IMG/VR virus record: IMGVR_UViG_3300035156_000180
Span: 1-46,177 of that record
DNA from: a virus
Reading direction: 5' to 3' (one strand)
DNA: 46,177 bases
The position numbers and the translations under genes were made by a program. Position 1 is the stretch's first letter. The number at the start of each line of letters is the position of its first letter. This document shows, one piece after another, positions 29,547-37,505 of this stretch. Below the pieces are notes generated by a model, which made no database searches, was not told the origin of the DNA, and saw only the letters and a list, made by a program, of their open reading frames with translations.

Positions 29547-29840
29547 ATGAAAAACAAAATCGTAGTCATATTAAGCCTACTAATCGTATTTGCAGCCGGT
29601 GCTTTATCGGTGGTAAGTTACGAAAATTGGAAAGGCTGGGCAGACAGCCAGCACCGCAAGGCTGTAGCCGCGCAGCAGGAGCAGGCCAAAGCCGACCTGC
29701 TGCAGCAAGTACAGTTTAACCGGGAGCTTGACCGCCTTAAAGCTGTTTGCATCAAGGAGCAGCAGGACTACAACGCCCTGTTGCCGGCGCAAAAGCTTAA
29801 GGCAGTTGCCCCCGACTGCAATGCACAGTTAGTGCAATAA
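29547..29840 (+). CDS. N-terminally membrane-anchored or secreted small protein
   Basis: The signal/TM segment is MKNKIVVILSLLIVFAAGALSVVSY. The rest is coiled-coil-like. Confidence 0.55.
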   Translation: MKNKIVVILSLLIVFAAGALSVVSYENWKGWADSQHRKAVAAQQEQAKADLLQQVQFNRELDRLKAVCIKEQQDYNALLPAQKLKAVAPDCNAQLVQ

Positions 29841-29956
29841 GTAAACGTAAGCGGTACAATAGCCGCATGTCTGTATATCATAATGAAGCGGCTGCAGACG
29901 CCGCAGTAATAGCAACCCTACTAAGGGAAGTAAACCGCCTAAGGAGGCAAAATACT

Positions 29957-30313
29957 ATGGGTAGATTAATCGTATCAGTTGACGGCAATGTATATGAAAC
30001 AGAGCACGCGCGTGTTTTAACACCGGCAGAGTTGGAAGACCGCCAGGCAAAATTGCAGGCCGACTTAAACGAATTAAACCAGGCTGTTAGCATCCGCGCC
30101 GTCGGCAACGCGCCAACAGCGGTAGCGCCAGCACCAGTTGCGCCAGCCACCCCTGTAGCACCTGCTGCACCGGTCGACGTAACTCCACAGTTTAACCCAC
30201 AGCCCAGCGTAGGCAATGATGTTACACCAGCACCGGCCCCTGTAGCCAGCGGTGAAGCCCAGGCACAGCCGGTTGACCTGCAGGTAGCACCACAGCCACC
30301 CGTCCTTAGCTAA
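29957..30313 (+). CDS. Hypothetical protein with a Pro/Ala/Val-rich C-terminus
   Basis: The ATG at 29957 has a strong SD (AAGGAGG) 9 nt upstream. The longest ORF starts at 29867. Confidence 0.5.
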   Translation: MGRLIVSVDGNVYETEHARVLTPAELEDRQAKLQADLNELNQAVSIRAVGNAPTAVAPAPVAPATPVAPAAPVDVTPQFNPQPSVGNDVTPAPAPVASGEAQAQPVDLQVAPQPPVLS

Positions 30314-30347
30314 TAACCCACCGACAGCCCGGTAAAAAAATAAAAAT

Positions 30348-30599
30348 ATGCTTGACCTGTTAATACCAAATATTCACCACCTTTCCTGGCAGCAGGCCGT
30401 AGTGTATATATTGCTGGTGCAAGTACTTTTTTACCGGGTTATTTGCGGGGCTATAGCAGACCTTATGCGCTGGGCACTTAAGAAAATATACATGCGCAGC
30501 CGGCATGACCTTATACTGTGGTACCACATAAAGGGCGGCCACGGCCGGCACCACCCGTTGGAGTGCCAAAAGGAACACTGCGCCAGCTACGACTTTTAG
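30348..30599 (+). CDS. Possible small membrane protein
   Basis: 83-aa ORF at the end of the rightward block. It has no clear SD and converges on the VRR-NUC gene with a 4-nt overlap. Confidence 0.3.
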   Translation: MLDLLIPNIHHLSWQQAVVYILLVQVLFYRVICGAIADLMRWALKKIYMRSRHDLILWYHIKGGHGRHHPLECQKEHCASYDF

Positions 30600-31189
30600 A
30601 ACACGCCCAGGCTTTGCTGCCTGTCCAGGTATTTGTCAATCTTATTGCACGCATCATCATACCCCACGGCAAACGCCGCCATGTAACCTTTGGCCCGGTA
30701 CTTTTTAATCATGGCCGCCTGGTCTTGCAAATGGTCGCCGGACTTTATAAACGGCTTACCCCGTACCCAGGTAGTGCGGCTGTACTTTTGCTGCCGCAGG
30801 GTTTTGCCGTCCTTTTTATAAATCTTGGTACCCTCGGTTTTAAGTTCCAGGCGCAAGCCATGGTAGCCGCGGCTGGGCTCGTCAATTACCATGTCGCACA
30901 TGCCGTCGTCGCTGCGGCTGCTCATCATAACTTTGCGCTGGGTGTCGCTCAAGTCTGCACCGGCCCCACTGTCGCAAAAGAATATTACATCCGGGTAAGT
31001 ACTTTTTATGTGCCGGGCAATGCGCACCTGCAGCTTATCCTCGTGCCGCTCCGGGCGCTTGCGTTGCTTTGGTTGGGCCGCCGGTTTACCCTCAATAGCA
31101 ATAGCCCCCTGGGCCGGCTTGGCAACAGGGGGCTTATAGTATCGCTTAGTGCGCTGCTTGTATGGTGTTTTGGCAAATACGCTACCCAT
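30596..31189 (-). CDS. VRR-NUC-type PD-(D/E)xK nuclease
   Basis: CDMVIDEPSRGYHGLRLELKTEG...GDHLQDQAAMIKKYRAKGYMAAFAVG matches the VRR-NUC D...ELK...Q pattern. The N-terminus is basic. Confidence 0.6.
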   Translation of the reverse strand: MGSVFAKTPYKQRTKRYYKPPVAKPAQGAIAIEGKPAAQPKQRKRPERHEDKLQVRIARHIKSTYPDVIFFCDSGAGADLSDTQRKVMMSSRSDDGMCDMVIDEPSRGYHGLRLELKTEGTKIYKKDGKTLRQQKYSRTTWVRGKPFIKSGDHLQDQAAMIKKYRAKGYMAAFAVGYDDACNKIDKYLDRQQSLGVF

Positions 31190-31205
31190 ACCGCTAGTGT
31201 ATCAG

Positions 31206-31637
31206 CTAGAAGTCAGGCTGTGAAACAGGGGCGGTGTCTGATGCCAGGCTGGCGGGTGGGTCAATGTCGGCAACATCGCGGTCGGCTGCGGCGGCACCGG
31301 CGGCTGCAGTTGCGGTTGCTGTCTTGCTTTGGTTGTAGGCGCGTACTTCCTCAAAAAACTTACCAGCTACTTTGGCGTACTTAAATACAGCCTGGCTAAA
31401 ACCATATATGGAGGTGCTGGTTACGCCTAATACCTGGGGTGGCAGCTGCGCATTAAGTACCAAAAGATACTCTGCTACGCCGGCCAGCCCGGACAGGGCA
31501 AGCACCAGGGTGTGCAGTACGCTGTCGCTTTCAAGGCCAAACCACCTTTTGCAAAGCAGCGCGACCAGGTTAACTGCCAGCCCACCACCAACGGTAAGGC
31601 CCAGCAATGTTGCCAGTAAACTTGATGTAATTTCCAT
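31206..31637 (-). CDS. Holin-like membrane protein
   Basis: 143 aa with at least two TM helices. Its start overlaps the stop of the lysin gene. Confidence 0.45.
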   Translation of the reverse strand: MEITSSLLATLLGLTVGGGLAVNLVALLCKRWFGLESDSVLHTLVLALSGLAGVAEYLLVLNAQLPPQVLGVTSTSIYGFSQAVFKYAKVAGKFFEEVRAYNQSKTATATAAAGAAAADRDVADIDPPASLASDTAPVSQPDF

Positions 31638-33295
31638 TACTTTTTATCTCCCTTTTTTTTAAATCTGCCTAAAAACCCATCCAGGTTAGCGGCCTTAATT
31701 ACGTTTTTTTCGTGCCGGGTATAATTACCTGCCTCGCGGCGCAGGTGGTCGGCAACCTGTAGCATGTCGTCAACAAAATCATCTTTGTCAACTTCGTCTT
31801 TGCGCTCCAGGCTAACCTCTGGTATGCCGTACCAGGTTTTGTTGTTAGTGCTGGTAACCGTGCGCAGGTACTTTATGCCGTCCTTTACGAACGGGCCGGC
31901 AATTTTATATATGCCGTGCTTTACCAGTTGCTGCTTGGCGGCATTGGGGTTAGCCAGGTCGCCTACCTTAGTGCTTGTCTGGGCCACGTATTCAACTGGC
32001 CCCAGGAAAGGCTTAAAGGTTTTCTGCCAGGCAAACGGGTCGTTAACCACGGTAACCTGCACATTGTCCTCGCTTGGCGCAGCTGCAGGGGCTGCAGGCG
32101 GCGTAATGGCAACAGGAGCGGCAACTACCTCAACTGGCGTTACGGGCGCTGGTACGGCCTCTACGGGCGCAGGAGCGGGTGCTGGTGTAGGGCGTGGGCT
32201 AAGGTCTACGGTGTTTACGCCGCAGTTGTGGGCCGGTACGCCGGTAACATCAGCCTGGCCAAAGTCGCCCTCGGTCATGTAGTAGCACGGCTTGTCATCG
32301 TCTGTGCGCTGCGCTTTGCCGTAAGCAATAAACTCTGCGCCCTGTGCAAGCTGCTCTACGCTAGTGGCCAGGGTGTTATTGGCAAAGCCCAAATCCCATT
32401 TGTTGGTAGGGGCTTTGTTAGTAATCAGGTTAAGCGGCTGGCTAAACTTGCTGTAAACAGTGTCTGCAGGCTTAGGTGGCTCTGGCGCAGGTGCGGGTAC
32501 TACGGTTACTTGCGGGGCTGGTGCCGGAGCGGGCGCAGGTGCCGGGGCAGGGGCTGGTGTGGTCTTATCTCTGAAGCCGGCCGATGTATCGCTGCCGGCA
32601 TAAATTGCTACCTGGCCAAACATTTGGGTTTGGATAATGTACATGCTGCCTGCAGGGTTGCCCAAAATCTCGTACTCTAAGCCACCAAACTCTGCCGGGT
32701 TAAGCTTGGCTACCTCGGTGCCAACAGTCCACGGGCCGGCAACTCTATATACGCGCCAGCTGTTAACGCTGCCGGGCAGCACCAGTATTTGGCCAACGTG
32801 GTTAGCTGCGTGTGGGGCAGGGGCTGGTGCCGGCTGCGCAGGTGCAGCTACTACGTTATTTTTGTAGCGCCACACGCCCGCAATACGGGTACGGGGTATA
32901 AAGCGGGTGCGTATTGCATCGCCGCCGGTACCGGTACCGCCGCCGGTTTGGCCGTTCTGTTCCGATATTTCAATTTGTGTATTGTCGCTGTTAACGCGCC
33001 CGGTGCCTAAACCAATATGGTTGGGCGTAAGTATAACTACGTCGCCCTGGCGTACGTCGTTGCCGCCTGGGATGCCGTCAAAAGCGTCTTTAAGTGCTTT
33101 GCGCGGGTTGGTCCAATAATCTATAGCATCGCCCCAGTATGTGGCCGTAACGCCAAACAGCGCCAGGTATGGCTTGATGTAGCTAACACACTGGTACCAT
33201 TGGCTTTCAGGCAGCTGGCCCCTTAGGGTGGTGTCTGCAATACGGCCGCCTTTGCGCTCGTTCCAGTAGTTTGTGTATATTTGGCTTACATCCAT
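31637..33295 (-). CDS. CHAP-domain peptidoglycan hydrolase (endolysin) with Pro/Ala linkers and wall-binding-like modules
   Basis: The CHAP Cys context is WYQCVSYIKPY and the His context is TPNHIGLGTG. ISEQNG is also present. Three (PA)n/PAPV linkers separate SH3-like modules. Confidence 0.8.
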   Translation of the reverse strand: MDVSQIYTNYWNERKGGRIADTTLRGQLPESQWYQCVSYIKPYLALFGVTATYWGDAIDYWTNPRKALKDAFDGIPGGNDVRQGDVVILTPNHIGLGTGRVNSDNTQIEISEQNGQTGGGTGTGGDAIRTRFIPRTRIAGVWRYKNNVVAAPAQPAPAPAPHAANHVGQILVLPGSVNSWRVYRVAGPWTVGTEVAKLNPAEFGGLEYEILGNPAGSMYIIQTQMFGQVAIYAGSDTSAGFRDKTTPAPAPAPAPAPAPAPQVTVVPAPAPEPPKPADTVYSKFSQPLNLITNKAPTNKWDLGFANNTLATSVEQLAQGAEFIAYGKAQRTDDDKPCYYMTEGDFGQADVTGVPAHNCGVNTVDLSPRPTPAPAPAPVEAVPAPVTPVEVVAAPVAITPPAAPAAAPSEDNVQVTVVNDPFAWQKTFKPFLGPVEYVAQTSTKVGDLANPNAAKQQLVKHGIYKIAGPFVKDGIKYLRTVTSTNNKTWYGIPEVSLERKDEVDKDDFVDDMLQVADHLRREAGNYTRHEKNVIKAANLDGFLGRFKKKGDKK

Positions 33296-33332
33296 GCGTA
33301 TAGTCCTTATGTTTTAGTGTATCACTATCATC

Positions 33333-34049
33333 TCATAAAATACCGAAAAAGTTATTTTGGGCCAGGGTGGTGGCATACAATGTGCCGCTTTCAGTCCATA
33401 GCCCGCTGTCGGCCCGCTGCACAGCAACCTTAAAGTCGTAGGTGGTTTGGCTGGCCAGGTTATGCAGCTCCTTAACAAACCAGCCCTGGCCGCCGCTACC
33501 CTCGTCATGGTGCGCCCCGCCGTCAATGCCGCTGCTCCACCAGGATATGGCGCTAACATTGCTGTCGCTGTGCCAGGCAATGCGTATGGCCTCGTCTGTA
33601 GTCCAGTCGACATTAAAGCCGTCTATATTGGCATAGCGGTTTATGTGCGGCATGCCTACGTTTTGCGCAACCGCTGCACTGGTAATAAGCGGGCTGTTAG
33701 CCATATCAAAATTGGCACCAAATACCGGGTTAGCGTTGCCGGCACCGTCGTGGTAAATCCAATAATCTTCGTTTTGGGCCAGGTAGTAGCGGCGGCCTAC
33801 CTCGTTAACCGGCCAAATGTAACCACCAATGGCCCGCTGCGGGTTGTGCCCATTTATATTGGTGTTGCCGTACGTGGTGCTGTAGTTAAACGGTGCGCTG
33901 CCGCCGGAAGACTGGACACGCTCAAGCCATGCGGTGTACCTAATAAGCGAGCGGTTATTGCCCTGCTCCTGGCCTATAACATCGACATTGACACGCAGCC
34001 TAAACTGGCCGCCCAGGCTGCCGCCAAACCCCGCCTCCATAAACGCCAT
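33333..34049 (-). CDS. Tail/baseplate accessory protein with a C-terminal FN3-like domain
   Basis: 238 aa. The N-terminal part resembles siphovirus minor structural proteins. The C-terminal WTTDEAIRIAWHSDS...YDFKVAVQ is FN3-like. Confidence 0.5.
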   Translation of the reverse strand: MAFMEAGFGGSLGGQFRLRVNVDVIGQEQGNNRSLIRYTAWLERVQSSGGSAPFNYSTTYGNTNINGHNPQRAIGGYIWPVNEVGRRYYLAQNEDYWIYHDGAGNANPVFGANFDMANSPLITSAAVAQNVGMPHINRYANIDGFNVDWTTDEAIRIAWHSDSNVSAISWWSSGIDGGAHHDEGSGGQGWFVKELHNLASQTTYDFKVAVQRADSGLWTESGTLYATTLAQNNFFGIL

Positions 34050-34052
34050 GGT

Positions 34053-34496
34053 TTACCCCTGCCTGCCTATGCTTAGCACATCCCATTTACCATCGTCGCT
34101 CATGTACATCATAGTTATGTACATAAGTTTGCCGGCCGTCGTGGCGGTGGGCAGCGTAACACCAATGCCCCGGTAAATGGCGTTCCAGGTAATCGAGCGG
34201 GCCGTGCCGTCATCTCTAATGCGTAGGGTAATAACCTGGGTGTTATAAGGGCTGCCGGTGGGTGCCAGTATGGTTAGGTTGGCGGCCAGCGCTGCAATGG
34301 GTATAACATCGTCGGTGGCAGTATTTGGCGTAAGGGTTGCCGAGCTGGTAATTGGGGTTACGCGCTTGGTAGCAAACAGTGCTCGCAGGTCTTCTATTTT
34401 ATATTTAACAGAGGTAGGCCCCGACATATCGGTGCCGTTTAAGTAATCGTTAAAAGTTGGCGTGGGGTCTGGTGGTAATAGTGAGCCTTTAGGCAT
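34053..34496 (-). CDS. Hypothetical tail-module protein
   Basis: The ATG at 34496 is preceded by AAGGA, 7 nt upstream. The longer ORF version overlaps the upstream gene by 50 nt. Confidence 0.5.
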   Translation of the reverse strand: MPKGSLLPPDPTPTFNDYLNGTDMSGPTSVKYKIEDLRALFATKRVTPITSSATLTPNTATDDVIPIAALAANLTILAPTGSPYNTQVITLRIRDDGTARSITWNAIYRGIGVTLPTATTAGKLMYITMMYMSDDGKWDVLSIGRQG

Positions 34497-34518
34497 TTGA
34501 TAGTCCTTATGTTTTAGT

Positions 34519-36732
34519 TTAGCTTGGTGCGCTCGGGTTAGCAATCGTTTGCTGCGCCAGTAGTCCACGGTTTACCTGTTCCAGGGCCAGGTCAAGCCGG
34601 CGCGGTAATGCCCCCAGGGCCAGCGTGGCAATGTCGCCCTCGTAATCTATGCGCACAATGCGCAGCACCAAAGTGTCTACAAATGTACCGTAACCTCTAA
34701 GCCCAACGGTCATACCGTTTTTTAGCAGCGCCAAATTAAGGTACTTGTTGGTAACCTTTACGGTGGTTTGGAATTGCTCATCTTTTTGGGTAGCCACGGC
34801 GCTGTTGGCCACGGCTTGCACCTGGGCTGTGGTAACGGCACGGTTTTGGCTCACCCTGTCCAGGCGCTGCCCATACGCGGCAATGCTGGTGCCGTCTTGC
34901 TGCGTGCCGTATAAGTTGGCACCGCTTTGCTGGCCACCGCTCACGTATGCCAGGTTGGCTACGTTTTCAATTGATGCGGCCAGGCGCAGCCCGGCAATGT
35001 GCCGGCCCTTAACCAGCAACACATCGGCAGTGGCAGAAGATTGCTTAAATATAACGGCATTGGTGGCCAGGTCTACGGTGTAGTAAAAACCGGCAGGGCA
35101 AACCGAAAGCATGGACTGCATGCCCTCGTACACGGTGTTGGTGTTAAATGTCCACGGCACAGTAAGCCCAGCTGCCTGCATAGTGCCTTTAATCATCTTG
35201 CCGCCGCGGCTTACGTAATCGTCCATAAAGGCGCTGTATATACCGGTAATTGGGTCTTGCGTAGGGTACGTTGCCAGCGTGGTGCCAGGGCTGCTGTATG
35301 TCCTAAAGTATAGGTCGTAGTTAGTAAATATACCCCAGCCGCCGCCCCCACCACCGGCGTACTGTGCATTGTAGGCGCTGCCGCCGGCGTACACGTTGCT
35401 GTTTTGCATAAATATATATATGGTGCCGGAGCCTATGGTTACGGTAAAAAAGCGTACGCTGCCGGCCGTGGCAACAACACGGGCCGGGAAGTTGAACTGC
35501 ACATCAGCCGCACCGCCGCCGGTATTTACTGCCAGGGTGGTAGCGCCCAATACTGTTTGCATGGCCGTGCTCTCGTACAGCGTTACGGTTACGGTGGCAG
35601 CGCCCTGCAGCTTAAGTAGTACGGCACTAATGTTGGTTACGCCGGCCCCCACAGTAAAGCTTTGGCCATAAAAATTATAGCCGGCTCCCTTTTCGCCGCT
35701 GTCGTTCAATATAATATTGCTGGTGTTTTGGCTGTTCTGCTGCTGGTCGGCGGTGTAGGTATTGGCACTGCCCAGCAATAAGTAGTTGTCCAGGTCGGTG
35801 CCGTCGCTATAGCAAAGCACGTTTATTATATTGTCGGTATCGCTGCCGCCAAATAAAGCCTCCCAGCGCTCCATGGTGCCGCGGAATGCCACCCGGCCAT
35901 TGGGGTAGTAATAATTGACCTCTACCACCACAAGCTGGTTACCGTTTTTAATAAGGCTGTTGCTGTTGCCCAGGCCCACCAGGCTAACCGCACCCTCGCT
36001 AAGTATGGCGTTGCCGGCCTCATCAAGCAGCGGCGTGCCGTCCTCTAGCAATATAGGGCCAGTGGTAGGCTGCCGGCTAGTGTCGGCGGTGGTTGGTATC
36101 TCCAGGCTAATTTGTGAGCCTACGGTGTTAATTTCCTGCGGCACCTTAAACTTATTTTTTGGCTGCGGCAGTAGGCCCAAAAACGCATTGTTGCGGAACA
36201 CCTTATAAAAGAAGCGGCTGGGCACATCTGCCGGCGCAGTCTCCCAGTACACCGTAATGCGCATGCTGTCCACGCTAACATTACCACCGTTACCGCTGGT
36301 GGTGCTGGCCCAAAACTTAGCCCCAAATGTTGGGTCGCTTACCTCTGCGCCTGTCCAGGTGGTGCCCCATAAGTCGGTGGCGCTACCAAATATGCGGTAG
36401 CCGTTGCCCTGCAGTACGCTGCTGTTTTTGCTGGTGCCCTTGGTTAGTGCGGCATTAAGAAACATGCCGTTTGATGTCATCTTTATTTCAACCACAATGC
36501 CAACCACTACAGCGCCGGCCGGTATATTAAAGCCGTGGCCGGCGCTTTTTAGGTGGTCAGTAAAAACCTGCGTGGATGCACCGCCGGCGCTGGCGCTGCT
36601 ACCGTCATCAACCGCACCATTGGCGGCGTTAGTCCATTGGCCGCCCTCGGAGTAGTTGCCCTGGTTGTTGCCACCGGTATTTGGTATTGCCGCAGTACTG
36701 GCGGCGGTTAGTGGGCCAGCTATGTTTGCCAT
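34519..36732 (-). CDS. Tal-like tail tip / baseplate protein
   Basis: About 737 aa, immediately after Dit. TAATG start overlap at 36732. Confidence 0.55.
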   Translation of the reverse strand: MANIAGPLTAASTAAIPNTGGNNQGNYSEGGQWTNAANGAVDDGSSASAGGASTQVFTDHLKSAGHGFNIPAGAVVVGIVVEIKMTSNGMFLNAALTKGTSKNSSVLQGNGYRIFGSATDLWGTTWTGAEVSDPTFGAKFWASTTSGNGGNVSVDSMRITVYWETAPADVPSRFFYKVFRNNAFLGLLPQPKNKFKVPQEINTVGSQISLEIPTTADTSRQPTTGPILLEDGTPLLDEAGNAILSEGAVSLVGLGNSNSLIKNGNQLVVVEVNYYYPNGRVAFRGTMERWEALFGGSDTDNIINVLCYSDGTDLDNYLLLGSANTYTADQQQNSQNTSNIILNDSGEKGAGYNFYGQSFTVGAGVTNISAVLLKLQGAATVTVTLYESTAMQTVLGATTLAVNTGGGAADVQFNFPARVVATAGSVRFFTVTIGSGTIYIFMQNSNVYAGGSAYNAQYAGGGGGGWGIFTNYDLYFRTYSSPGTTLATYPTQDPITGIYSAFMDDYVSRGGKMIKGTMQAAGLTVPWTFNTNTVYEGMQSMLSVCPAGFYYTVDLATNAVIFKQSSATADVLLVKGRHIAGLRLAASIENVANLAYVSGGQQSGANLYGTQQDGTSIAAYGQRLDRVSQNRAVTTAQVQAVANSAVATQKDEQFQTTVKVTNKYLNLALLKNGMTVGLRGYGTFVDTLVLRIVRIDYEGDIATLALGALPRRLDLALEQVNRGLLAQQTIANPSAPS

Positions 36733-37505
36733 TAAAACCACCTCGGGTAATACTGCACGTTGTAGTTATAGGTGCGGGCCGTAAAGGTATCGGAGTAGCC
36801 CAGCGCCTGCAGCCCAGGCTCAAGCTCAACAAATGCGCCGGCAAAATCTACGGCAACGCCATTAACGCGCACCTCTTTGGCCACACAATCAAATACAATT
36901 ACGTCATTAACCGCAAACGTACGGGTAACGCTAAGCTGCTGGCCGGTATTGTTATTGCCAAAGCTTACAGTTTGGTTGCCGGTTGCAGTAAGCGCGGTAA
37001 TAGTACTGGTGGCAATTGGCAGCTGGTAGTCGGCCGAGCCTATCAGCGTTACGTTGTCGGTGTAGGCTGCAGCAGTACGCCCGGTTGCGCTTACCGGTGT
37101 TTGCGGGGCAATGTCCTGGCCAAATGGCTTGCACAAAAACTCTATGGTAAATGTCGCCAGCTGCAGGCCGCCTGGGCGCTTTATGTCTAGCCCGTTCTCG
37201 GTGGCAATATAGCGGCGCACACTACCAGCATAGCCAATATCAAGGTTTTTATCCTTGCCCCGGAAATAGCCGCGGAACTGGTCAAGTATTGGGTCTAGTG
37301 CCGCCGGGTTGTCGGCGGTAATCTGGCCCTTAATTTTAATGGTTTTGCTGGGCCGGTCGCTATTAGTTATGGTAATGTCGTTGCTGTTGGCCTGCGGGTA
37401 GGCGTTCAACTCTTTTTCTGCCGGGCTCTCAAAATCAATATCCTGGGTAACTATAATCTCACTCTGCAGGTTAAAGCCGTTAAAAGTTATGCTGCGTGCG
37501 CTCAT
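36732..37505 (-). CDS. Distal tail protein (Dit-like)
   Basis: 257 aa, directly after the tape measure gene. The opening is MSARSITFNGFNL. Confidence 0.6.
   Translation of the reverse strand: MSARSITFNGFNLQSEIIVTQDIDFESPAEKELNAYPQANSNDITITNSDRPSKTIKIKGQITADNPAALDPILDQFRGYFRGKDKNLDIGYAGSVRRYIATENGLDIKRPGGLQLATFTIEFLCKPFGQDIAPQTPVSATGRTAAAYTDNVTLIGSADYQLPIATSTITALTATGNQTVSFGNNNTGQQLSVTRTFAVNDVIVFDCVAKEVRVNGVAVDFAGAFVELEPGLQALGYSDTFTARTYNYNVQYYPRWF

Noticed and set aside
30518-31384. 288-aa plus-strand ORF across the VRR-NUC and holin-like genes
   Set aside because: It overlaps two minus-strand genes that have recognisable motifs. It has no start context and a random-looking composition.
32090-32570. 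Pro/Ala-encoding GC-rich stretches in the lysin gene as a tandem DNA repeat, VNTR or CRISPR-like array
   Set aside because: The repeats are imperfect at nucleotide level, in frame, and translate to (PA)n linkers. There is no repeat-spacer structure.
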